31,025 nucleotides of DNA from a virus (taxonomy: Duplodnaviria; Caudoviricetes), in the IMG/VR virus record IMGVR_UViG_3300047669_001596, positions 1 to 31,025 of that record; one strand, written 5' to 3'. Under the pieces are notes generated by a model. That model was not told where the DNA came from. It was given only the letters and a program-made list of their open reading frames with translations, and made no database searches. Position 1 is the stretch's first letter, and every line of letters begins with the position of its first letter. Below, piece by piece: positions 18,314-26,082 of this stretch. The position numbers and the translations under genes were made by a program.

Positions 18314-19205
18314 AAAAAAAGTCGACCCCTAATGGGATCGTCATCCTTTCTTCGTATCCGGTATCCTCGGATTCGAAATTAAAGGTCATATCAAGGTCTG
18401 GAGTATTTTCCTTAATGTGTTCTCTAAACGCAAGACTATCTCTTGCCAACAACTCTTTATCCACGAAACTTTTTATCTTTGCTCTGTCATCGTCACCGTC
18501 AAGTGCTTTGATAACATACTTCAATCTAGTGGTAACTTCTGCGGTTTCGTGCTTATTCTTTGTGAATTTTTTCATTCCCTTGAGTTCTGCGTCAATTGCT
18601 TGTTCATCTTTGTGTGTCATCAATGACCAATGAATAAGTCTCTTGCTATGGGGAAGTTCAAACTGAAAAATATTCTCACCTCGGGTATGTTCTGAAAGGT
18701 CAACTTCTTTTGGGTTCAATTTTGTCAAGTCTATACTATCCTCAACCTCGTCCCCCGTTGATGGGTCTTTAAACTTAATCCTATAATCTTTTCCATATGC
18801 CAAAACCCTAGCAGCGATAAAGATAGCATTTTTATCTCCGACCAATATGTCATCCAACTTTACACCAGGTGTAACGATAAGTTGCTCAAGAAGTTTATCC
18901 AAAACTACACCCTTCTTAATAAGATTTTGACTTGTCAGAATATCTTCTTCCTTTGCAGTCATGTACTTAATATCAATCTTACCTGACGCAATTGGACTCG
19001 TTTGATCATAGAAGTACCCCTGACTTGGTAAATCAACTACTTCACTTGGATACTCTGTCTTTTGTACAGCATCAGTAGGAACAAATCCGGTGGTTGGTTG
19101 TGTAGGTGTCTTGGGTTTGACGGCTTCTGATTTAGATGATTTACCATCATTCCCCATTGCCTGACGAACTTCGTCGGGTATTTGAATATTATCTTCGTTT
19201 TCCAT
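18294..19205 (-). CDS. Tail/baseplate hub assembly chaperone (T4 gp26-like), 303 aa
   Basis: VDLPSQG.FY, IKYMTAKEEDILT, DDILVGDKNAIFIAARVLAYGKDY and terminal IPLGVDFF motifs. Lies between the tail tube and tape measure genes. Confidence 0.8.
   Translation of the reverse strand: MENEDNIQIPDEVRQAMGNDGKSSKSEAVKPKTPTQPTTGFVPTDAVQKTEYPSEVVDLPSQGYFYDQTSPIASGKIDIKYMTAKEEDILTSQNLIKKGVVLDKLLEQLIVTPGVKLDDILVGDKNAIFIAARVLAYGKDYRIKFKDPSTGDEVEDSIDLTKLNPKEVDLSEHTRGENIFQFELPHSKRLIHWSLMTHKDEQAIDAELKGMKKFTKNKHETAEVTTRLKYVIKALDGDDDRAKIKSFVDKELLARDSLAFREHIKENTPDLDMTFNFESEDTGYEERMTIPLGVDFFYPSSGV
18314..18320 (-). other. Putative programmed ribosomal frameshift slippery site GAC UUU UUU U AC
   Basis: Run of 7 T on the coding strand, six sense codons before the chaperone stop, inside the short overlap between the two reading frames. 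Confidence 0.7.
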
Positions 19206-19232
19206 AAATGTAACCTTTATTTAAGCATATGT

Positions 19233-19240
19233 ATAAATAT
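19233..19240 (-). promoter_or_regulatory. ATATTTAT putative late promoter motif
   Basis: Intergenic copy upstream of the chaperone gene. Confidence 0.55.
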
Positions 19241-19310
19241 ATACTAATATATATACATATACAAGAAAAAAATATTTTAGAAGAAAGTGGTGGGGTTTTT
19301 TAATAATATC

Positions 19311-19649
19311 CTAGCCGGCCTGAGCAAACTTCAAGATCGAGGCGTGGTCGTTATAGTCGAAGAATTCCTTGTCCTTCTTACCGTTCCATGTTTTGAACAC
19401 GGTCACTCCGAGTTTCATATCATTAACAACTATTTTTTTGCCACCTGCGGTGATGAACACCATTCTACCCGAACTGTCATCTATATCATATGGACGTCTA
19501 ATCTTACCTTTGTGTACCATCTTGATGAAAAACTTTACCAACGCCGTATATGAGGAACTAAATCCCTCACACAATGTTTCGGAATTTTTGTCAGTATGTA
19601 CTTCCTCAAAAATATCCAGAATAGTTTGTCTCAAATCATCTGTCTTCAT
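19311..19649 (-). CDS. Small hypothetical protein (112 aa), possible internal virion protein
   Basis: ORF track 19311..19655. The ATG at 19649 (MKTDDL) lies 5 nt after an ATATTTAT motif. Confidence 0.75.
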   Translation of the reverse strand: MKTDDLRQTILDIFEEVHTDKNSETLCEGFSSSYTALVKFFIKMVHKGKIRRPYDIDDSSGRMVFITAGGKKIVVNDMKLGVTVFKTWNGKKDKEFFDYNDHASILKFAQAG

Positions 19650-19654
19650 AACCA

Positions 19655-19662
19655 ATAAATAT
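19655..19662 (-). promoter_or_regulatory. ATATTTAT putative late promoter motif (5 nt before ATG)
   Basis: ATATTTAT-TGGTT-ATG, immediately after a terminator. Confidence 0.6.
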
Positions 19663-19670
19663 ATATGTCG

Positions 19671-19702
19671 AAAAAAAAAACTCCCAAAAGGGAGTTTTTT
19701 TT
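19671..19702 (-). terminator. Intrinsic terminator after the tail tube gene (potentially bidirectional)
   Basis: Coding strand: A-run, CTCCC-TTTT-GGGAG, then T10. Confidence 0.85.
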
Positions 19703-19733
19703 AAATACAACCGGATTTCGTTACTAATATAAC

Positions 19734-20225
19734 TTAGTATTGGAGGATTGCGTAATCATATGCCACAGTCAATGAAACATTCAATGGGTCACCTGTTGAC
19801 CAATCCAATGTTCCGAAATCAACTGCCGTACAGAACGCACCCTTGATTGTCCATTCTTCTACTTTATCACCGACAGGACCCAAAAGGTTGATAGTCATGT
19901 CTTTCTTGTAGAAATCCGCATAACCATTTCTACCAGTTACAGATTCGTGGGAGAGACGAATCCATTCCATTGCCGCCTGAGCTGCACTTGGAACTACTGG
20001 ATCGTAAAGTACCATTGTGAGGTCTTGCCATTCGGCTTTACCACCTCTAAGTTTTCGTTTGATATTGATATGATCAATCGTGACCGGATCAATATTAAGA
20101 TTTGGACGAGTTACCGACTTGATAAGATATGCGGGTAAACCATCTAAATACATTATAAATCTATTTGCTGTCTTGGGTTCGAATGCCGTGAAAAACATTT
20201 CGTTTACATCTATTACTTCTGCCAT
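19734..20225 (-). CDS. gp19: Tail tube protein (T4 gp19-like), 163 aa
   Basis: FEPKTANRF, RPNL, GKAEWQDLTMVLYDP, YKKDMTINLLGPVGDKVEEWTIKGAF and LTVAYDYA. SD GGAG. Downstream of the sheath gene. Confidence 0.92.
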   Translation of the reverse strand: MAEVIDVNEMFFTAFEPKTANRFIMYLDGLPAYLIKSVTRPNLNIDPVTIDHINIKRKLRGGKAEWQDLTMVLYDPVVPSAAQAAMEWIRLSHESVTGRNGYADFYKKDMTINLLGPVGDKVEEWTIKGAFCTAVDFGTLDWSTGDPLNVSLTVAYDYAILQY

Positions 20226-20258
20226 TTTATTTATTCTCCGTTAAAGGTTGTATTTATC

Positions 20259-20266
20259 ATAAATAT
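20259..20266 (-). promoter_or_regulatory. ATATTTAT putative late promoter motif
   Basis: Proximal copy upstream of the tail tube gene. Confidence 0.5.
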
Positions 20267-20315
20267 TTGTTAAATCTTTGAAAACTTCCTTTTTCTACTA
20301 AAAGTTGTTCATAAG

Positions 20316-20323
20316 ATAAATAT
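20316..20323 (-). promoter_or_regulatory. ATATTTAT putative late promoter motif
   Basis: Distal copy upstream of the tail tube gene. Confidence 0.5.
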
Positions 20324-20343
20324 CTAATTCTTAAAAAATATAT

Positions 20344-21045
20344 TTATTTATCTTTCCTTAATTTTTTACCCACCAATTTTGCAGAACCATATAATACAGC
20401 TCCGATAAATTGAAAGTGTTGGGGGCCAGGCCACGGGAAAGACAAACCTATCATTCCAGTTGCGAATAAAGTCAACAATGCCATTCCCTCTGGGCCCGCA
20501 AATAATGAAGATAACGAAAACCCACCTCCAAGAGCAAGGATCATATCAGTCATATCAAAGTCATAATCTGCATTGCCCGTGAATGTCATATTCAACCATA
20601 TGTAAATTAAAATGCCCGCAACTGCCATACCAGCAATTCGTTTGGTCTTGGGGTGCTTTGCGAGGAACGCATCCAATGCCTTCAGCTTGTCCTCTGTCCA
20701 TCTACCAACCTTGGTGCTTGCAATGTATTCACCAATCGCCTTTATCACTTCCTTGTATGCCTTAAAGCCCGTCTTTACAAGTTTGAATAACCACTCCATG
20801 CTAAACTTTATTTTTGCGAAGAACTTAAATACAGTCTTATCTAGAAATAACTTAACCAGATCCACCAACTTAACCTTTACCAAATCTTTTAACCCCGTGA
20901 TGAATGACCAAATTTTCTTCAAGCGACCCGGAATTACGAACTCATTTAACATAGCAGACTCGGACTCAAGTTTGTTTTCCTTAACGAATAAACAAAATTC
21001 CTTATACTGCAACTCGTGCAAAATACTAGTAAGAGACATTTCCAT
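20344..21045 (-). CDS. Hypothetical membrane protein (233 aa)
   Basis: Lys/Phe-rich amphipathic N-terminal half, then hydrophobic segments IAGMAVAGILIYIWLNMTF and MALLTLFATGMIGLSFPW. The ATG at 21045 is preferred because the 21069 start lies in the terminator. Confidence 0.8.
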   Translation of the reverse strand: MEMSLTSILHELQYKEFCLFVKENKLESESAMLNEFVIPGRLKKIWSFITGLKDLVKVKLVDLVKLFLDKTVFKFFAKIKFSMEWLFKLVKTGFKAYKEVIKAIGEYIASTKVGRWTEDKLKALDAFLAKHPKTKRIAGMAVAGILIYIWLNMTFTGNADYDFDMTDMILALGGGFSLSSLFAGPEGMALLTLFATGMIGLSFPWPGPQHFQFIGAVLYGSAKLVGKKLRKDK

Positions 21046-21050
21046 TATAG

Positions 21051-21058
21051 ATAAATAT
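21051..21058 (-). promoter_or_regulatory. ATATTTAT putative late promoter motif (5 nt before ATG)
   Basis: ATATTTAT-CTATA-ATG, immediately after a terminator. Confidence 0.6.
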
Positions 21059-21067
21059 ATATGATGC

Positions 21068-21097
21068 AAAAAAAAACCCCTCCGAAGAGGGGTTTTT
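21068..21097 (-). terminator. Intrinsic terminator with C(UUCG)G tetraloop after the tail sheath gene
   Basis: Coding strand: AAAAA-CCCCTC-TTCG-GAGGGG-T9. Confidence 0.9.
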
Positions 21098-21125
21098 GAT
21101 GTTTTAACTTATTTGAATTTGTTTC

Positions 21126-23924
21126 TTAACCAAACGTAGCACCGGTTGCTTGCAGGTTGAAATCAAGTATAATGAATTCAACTGCACGTGCAGGTTGTAA
21201 GAAGATTTGTCCGTACAGAATATTTCTGTCGATCAAATCAGGTGTATTGTTTGATTCGTCCATGACAACATTGAACGCATATAGACCTTGACGTTGCTGA
21301 ACTGCTTCAAGATAAGGATTGACGATTGCCAAAAACTTATTTCTTGTAGCAGCGGTGTTTTGTTCAAATAACAAGTAACGAGATGTACTTGCGATGAACT
21401 TCTTCAACGTAATCAATAGACGTCTTACGTTGATCCTATCAAGGGCAGATGATCGTCTCTGTAGTGTTTTCTGTCCGAATGCCACAATACCTTGTCCGGG
21501 GAACTGAGCAATTGGATTAACCTTACCTTCGTAAAGTGTATCTCTTTCGGCAAACGTAAGTCTGTCCATTACACTAATTGCTTGTTCGAGTCCACCACGA
21601 TTCAAACCTGCTGGGGCAAACCACTCAGCAGCGGTTTTATCATTGGCAGCGTAAACTGCTGGCATGATTGCACTTGGTGGATATGCTTGAAGTGAATTAG
21701 TGGAAGGATCAATAATCTTTACCCAAGGGTAATATGTAGCAGCGTAATTTGAGTCAATGGTAGATGCCTCGGTTACTGCTTCATCGACTTTACCGGGTTG
21801 GCCGGTTGCAGATACAACATCAAGAATGTAAAAGCAATCTTCACGTGTTTCACATAAATCGACACCTTCATTTACTATACTTCTGTGTTGTTCAAGGTTT
21901 AATCCAGGAGTTACCAAAAGATTGATATCAAATTCGTCTTGATTGCTCAATGCTTGGAATGCTCGTCTGTATGCCTGTGAACCACTTGATTTGCGTTTTG
22001 ATAAATCCATACCCTGTACATTCTTAGCAGAAATATCTTCACCCAACAGAATTGGTTGAACTGGGGAATGGCCATCTTCACCACCTTGGAATCCTACCAT
22101 GAATCTTCTAGCCCCACGAGCGTCTGACTCAAGGGATGGAGAATTGGGTGATGTCTCGATTGGTAGAGCATCTTCATATAGTATTTCATCATCGATGTTT
22201 TTAACAATTCCCTTGGAAACAAAATCATCCAAATAGTACCCAGCACCGGCATGTCCGTAATTTTCAGGAATTGGTGCAAACAGTTCATGAGTATCTTTAC
22301 TCCAATTGGGTATTACAAGAACACCATCAGGAGAATCTTCATTAAAGATTGCACCATTGAAGTATCTTCTAGGAACTGTGGAATATTGAGAATGGTGGTT
22401 ATATTTTGGTTCTGGTAAATCTAAGATTCCATCGTCACCCGGTGGCAGACCTTGGTCATACCCAAACGGGGTCTTGTATGGATCGTGACCGTAAGGCATA
22501 CATTGAGTTGGTGCGATTTGATCCGCTGGCATTTCTACACGAACCCAATCACTTCCGTTACCGTAATCACCTCGGTCTATGATTTTTCCCATTTCATTGA
22601 TGTATGTAAATCTATCACCAATAACACGGGGCAGAAATCTAGCACTCATTGGATCAAGAGTTACATTTCTGAAGTCTTCTATGACAGTTTGAGTTTTGTC
22701 ATTATCATTAAATTCACGAACAATCACACTAAACGTTCCGTAGTCCGTTCCATCCAATGTACCTGGTGTTTTAATGTTGTAGAAACCTACTTTAACTTCT
22801 TTATTAGATTCTTTTCCGTAACTGCGAGTATGCAATCTAAACAACTCATACCTAGAACCACTAATTTCTTGTGACTTAATCCAAGGTGTGGATGCAGGAC
22901 GACAAACATGACGTTCATCTCCACCCTCATATGGTTTGAGGTCTCCGTCCGGAAGACCGTCTTTTGGATCGGTGTCTTCTTGATCTTCATCCTGGAAGTC
23001 CAGAACTGCGTCATCAATTTGAATACTTATGTTGAATGTTGCACCGTGATTCTCAATCCAGTTGAAGATCTCTTGTTGTGAACTTTCAAAATAAGAAGTA
23101 AAATATCCAGGTTTTTTATTCCGTTGTGGAGATCTTCCGAAAATGTTTTGTAAACTATCAGGAGAAGCCGGATTGAGATCAAATCGGTAACTACCAACCG
23201 TTTCTGGTTCAAATTCATCATTTGAAGATGCGGCCGCCTCTGGGTTGTATGACATCGATAAACTCAACTCAGCCTTGGTGTTGCCCTTGGAGAAAGGAAT
23301 AGGACCTAAATTCATATCGTCACCATCTGTCGTAAATAATTTAGAACCCTGAAAACCAATACTGGTCTTGCTCGGGGAGGCAAGGTTGGCCTTGAGGATT
23401 AACTCACCAGGAACCTTGATCACATTTCCTCGGTCATCTAGTACGTTGATTTTCTCACCGGGGTTATCGGGGTCGTTTTGTGTCTTATTGAGTGTACCTC
23501 TTTCTATAAGTGTATTTGCCAATACACCAATCACTACTGATTTAGTGGGCATATCACCTTCTGACCAACCACGTCCAAGTAGGGGTGAATCTTCAGTCTC
23601 TTCGAGACTTCCTGACTCATAGTTGGCTCTTATTACCAATGGGTATTCGTTTTTCCACCCTTCGAGACCTCCCGTTCTTACTATCGTTACAACACCCTGT
23701 TGTAAAAGATATTCTCTAGCGGTGAGTGGTTGGTAATATGTTCCCGTTGGAATACCGAACAATGCGGTTAGTTCTGCGAGACTTGTTACTACGGTTGGTG
23801 AGTATGCGGGACCTTTGTTAAAAGGACCTACAATTGCGCCACCTATGGCTCCAATTCCCTCGACTAAATATGTTGAGTCGATTTCGTTGGTGAATACTGC
23901 CGGACTTACTATGCGTTCTGCCAT
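21126..23924 (-). CDS. gp18: Tail sheath protein (T4 gp18-like), 932 aa
   Basis: N-terminal SPAVFTNEID and GPFNKGP. C-terminal YAATYYPWV, WFAPAGLNRG, LYEGKVNPI, FGQKTL, LDRINVRRLL, FEQN and LQPARAVEFIILDF. SD AAGGAG. Confidence 0.96.
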   Translation of the reverse strand: MAERIVSPAVFTNEIDSTYLVEGIGAIGGAIVGPFNKGPAYSPTVVTSLAELTALFGIPTGTYYQPLTAREYLLQQGVVTIVRTGGLEGWKNEYPLVIRANYESGSLEETEDSPLLGRGWSEGDMPTKSVVIGVLANTLIERGTLNKTQNDPDNPGEKINVLDDRGNVIKVPGELILKANLASPSKTSIGFQGSKLFTTDGDDMNLGPIPFSKGNTKAELSLSMSYNPEAAASSNDEFEPETVGSYRFDLNPASPDSLQNIFGRSPQRNKKPGYFTSYFESSQQEIFNWIENHGATFNISIQIDDAVLDFQDEDQEDTDPKDGLPDGDLKPYEGGDERHVCRPASTPWIKSQEISGSRYELFRLHTRSYGKESNKEVKVGFYNIKTPGTLDGTDYGTFSVIVREFNDNDKTQTVIEDFRNVTLDPMSARFLPRVIGDRFTYINEMGKIIDRGDYGNGSDWVRVEMPADQIAPTQCMPYGHDPYKTPFGYDQGLPPGDDGILDLPEPKYNHHSQYSTVPRRYFNGAIFNEDSPDGVLVIPNWSKDTHELFAPIPENYGHAGAGYYLDDFVSKGIVKNIDDEILYEDALPIETSPNSPSLESDARGARRFMVGFQGGEDGHSPVQPILLGEDISAKNVQGMDLSKRKSSGSQAYRRAFQALSNQDEFDINLLVTPGLNLEQHRSIVNEGVDLCETREDCFYILDVVSATGQPGKVDEAVTEASTIDSNYAATYYPWVKIIDPSTNSLQAYPPSAIMPAVYAANDKTAAEWFAPAGLNRGGLEQAISVMDRLTFAERDTLYEGKVNPIAQFPGQGIVAFGQKTLQRRSSALDRINVRRLLITLKKFIASTSRYLLFEQNTAATRNKFLAIVNPYLEAVQQRQGLYAFNVVMDESNNTPDLIDRNILYGQIFLQPARAVEFIILDFNLQATGATFG

Positions 23925-23977
23925 CTTATTTTTTCTCCTTGATTGAGTTGTTAATAGTTAAAAATGAAACTTTTAAG

Positions 23978-23985
23978 ATAAATAT
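23978..23985 (-). promoter_or_regulatory. ATATTTAT putative late promoter motif
   Basis: Intergenic copy upstream of the tail sheath gene. Confidence 0.55.
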
Positions 23986-24023
23986 GTACAAAAAAATCCA
24001 AACTTTAATATTTATCCAAAATA

Positions 24024-24308
24024 CTAATGTTTAAGATATACCCCAGACGAAGTATCAAGAGATCCTTCCCCGTATTTTTTATTTAATCGTCCTAAAAACA
24101 ACTTTTCTTTGTTTTTAAATTGAACCAACGATTCCTTACACTTAACTTGCGTTTCTTTTACTAGCTGAAGTTCGTTCTTTAAAGAAAGTTTGTCAACTTG
24201 TAACTCACCCAACCCTAGTAATAAGTTTTGGTATTCGGTGGTCAACTCAAGTAGTTCGGATTGTTCGTCTTCTGAAATATTGCACTGTTTATCTTCGGTC
24301 TTTTCCAT
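24024..24308 (-). CDS. Small coiled-coil hypothetical protein (94 aa)
   Basis: Leu/Glu/Lys heptad-like pattern ending in LNKKYGEGSLDTSSGVY. Fills the gap between the tail terminator and sheath genes. Confidence 0.75.
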   Translation of the reverse strand: MEKTEDKQCNISEDEQSELLELTTEYQNLLLGLGELQVDKLSLKNELQLVKETQVKCKESLVQFKNKEKLFLGRLNKKYGEGSLDTSSGVYLKH

Positions 24309-24317
24309 ATATGCTAT

Positions 24318-24345
24318 AATATACCAAAAACTATAACCTTTGCAA
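24318..24345 (-). promoter_or_regulatory. Possible sigma70-type promoter of the 94-aa gene
   Basis: TTGCAA (24345-24340), a 16-nt spacer ending TGG, then TATATT (24323-24318), 9 nt before the ATG. Confidence 0.35.
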
Positions 24346-24352
24346 CAGTAAA

Positions 24353-25615
24353 TTACACAAATTCCAAAATAATCATCTCAAATCCGGGTTTGACTTCAAC
24401 TTTTATATAACTTTCGGTTTTGTCGTCCAATAAGATGTTGTAGGTTTTACCTGGTGTCATTTCAATTTCACTTGACTGATAGTCCCATATGAAGTGTCGA
24501 TCATCGGGTGATACAGTTATATCAAAGTTTCTGCCGTCAACATTAATAGTGTACACTTCTAAGTCAGGCCATAATCGTATTACAAACCGACTTGCATCTT
24601 GTTTTCGCAGGTAAGCCGTTGGTTTTTTTCTATTTAATATGAAGTTTGTTTCGGACGAAGCTTCTCTTATACTTAAATCCATGGCCATCTCTTCGGCCGA
24701 GTGACCAATTGGTGGCTTACCAGACAACCCGGCAGCTGAAGAGGTTGCTTCCGTACCCCACAACACCTTCCTCGTACTCAGTCCACGTTGCACAGTTGTT
24801 TTGTTATCAAATACCATAGGTAGTAAATAAGCATTAACAGTCAACGAAAATGTGGATGTGACCACCCGGTCATCATCAGACGGAGTTTCAACCGTGTTAG
24901 AAAACGAATCAACACTTGCCCTGAACTTAAATCTCTTAGGGTCACCCCAATAATCTCCCTCGGCAAAATTAAAAATTTCAATTAATTGGTTCATTTGCTG
25001 AACATATTCCGCAGACATATTAAAATCATACGTAAGCACAACGTGGTCGGGGAATGTTACATTATGCACTTCCATCAACGGTTCCGCGGAATTAAGTACA
25101 CTCATTCTGTCATATGAATTCTTACTACTGAACTTTTTAACGAATGGAACCGTTAGATACTTGTTGAAAGTTTGAAATGAATCATCCTTCGCAACATTTG
25201 TCCGGGAGAAAATTACCATTGGTCTTTGTAACTGACCCTTGTCATCACGATATACACCATCACTTTGTATTGCACTCCACCGTTCGGGGGATGCATGACG
25301 GACAGGAACACTAATTATCGTTCTATCAGAACCTATCACCTGTGGATTTATTACCTTTGTGATATACTCATAAATTATATTATCGATATCGACTAGAGTT
25401 ATAGCATAATTTCCTAAAGTGTTTACATCGTCTCCCATGCGAAGTTTTTCGGCACGGTTGTCGGAATACAATGCGTGGTTTGACTTTTTCATATTAGACA
25501 TTGCAGGATCATTGTCAACATATGGAAGATCCTTGGATAAGTCTACCGTAAACTCTTCGTCCGTTTTATGATTTTTCAGAGTAATAAACGGATTGTTTAC
25601 CTTATCATAGTCCAT
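24353..25615 (-). CDS. Tail terminator/sheath stabiliser (T4 gp15-like) with C-terminal extension, 420 aa
   Basis: VPVRHASPERW, PMVIFSRT, PDHVVLTYDF, QMNQLIE and TFSLTVNAYL pattern. Lies between the neck and sheath genes. Confidence 0.7.
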   Translation of the reverse strand: MDYDKVNNPFITLKNHKTDEEFTVDLSKDLPYVDNDPAMSNMKKSNHALYSDNRAEKLRMGDDVNTLGNYAITLVDIDNIIYEYITKVINPQVIGSDRTIISVPVRHASPERWSAIQSDGVYRDDKGQLQRPMVIFSRTNVAKDDSFQTFNKYLTVPFVKKFSSKNSYDRMSVLNSAEPLMEVHNVTFPDHVVLTYDFNMSAEYVQQMNQLIEIFNFAEGDYWGDPKRFKFRASVDSFSNTVETPSDDDRVVTSTFSLTVNAYLLPMVFDNKTTVQRGLSTRKVLWGTEATSSAAGLSGKPPIGHSAEEMAMDLSIREASSETNFILNRKKPTAYLRKQDASRFVIRLWPDLEVYTINVDGRNFDITVSPDDRHFIWDYQSSEIEMTPGKTYNILLDDKTESYIKVEVKPGFEMIILEFV

Positions 25616-26082
25616 TACAAATTCCTCGGTAATATATTTAGTTTACTTTTCCGTGTCATGTGGGCATTACACAATAAACTATAATTCTTTTCAGGTTGAC
25701 CTCCGAGAAATTGATTCTCAACGATATTTGAAATTTCAAAATAAGCATGTTCCCATCCGAGAATATCACCCACTTCCGGGTACACTTCCTTTACTTCGCA
25801 CAATTTTTGATGAAATCTAAAAATAGTTCCTTTCTTAACATCAGGTCCAAAACCTTCGTATGAAGTTGATTGTGGATCAGATTCCACCAAGCACGATGTT
25901 TCCATCCCAGTATAATAAACCTTATCCACAGATTCTCCATAAACCGATGGTTGCGTTTTCTCGGGACTAATTTTATAAACGACCACCATCTGCTCAATTA
26001 TATCAAGCATAAGTTCTCCGTTTAGGCTGTTCATAAAACGAACATCTCTACGTGAATAGTATCTCCCCCGTGAATTTTCCAT
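25615..26082 (-). CDS. Head closure/neck protein (T4 gp14-like), 155 aa
   Basis: SVYGES and YPEVGDILGW...YFEISNI motifs. Translationally coupled at both ends (TGATG at 26082, TAATG at 25615). Confidence 0.7.
   Translation of the reverse strand: MENSRGRYYSRRDVRFMNSLNGELMLDIIEQMVVVYKISPEKTQPSVYGESVDKVYYTGMETSCLVESDPQSTSYEGFGPDVKKGTIFRFHQKLCEVKEVYPEVGDILGWEHAYFEISNIVENQFLGGQPEKNYSLLCNAHMTRKSKLNILPRNL

Noticed and set aside
19281-19302. GTGGTGGGG followed by a T-run as a possible terminator
   Set aside because: No complementary arm to form a stem on either strand.
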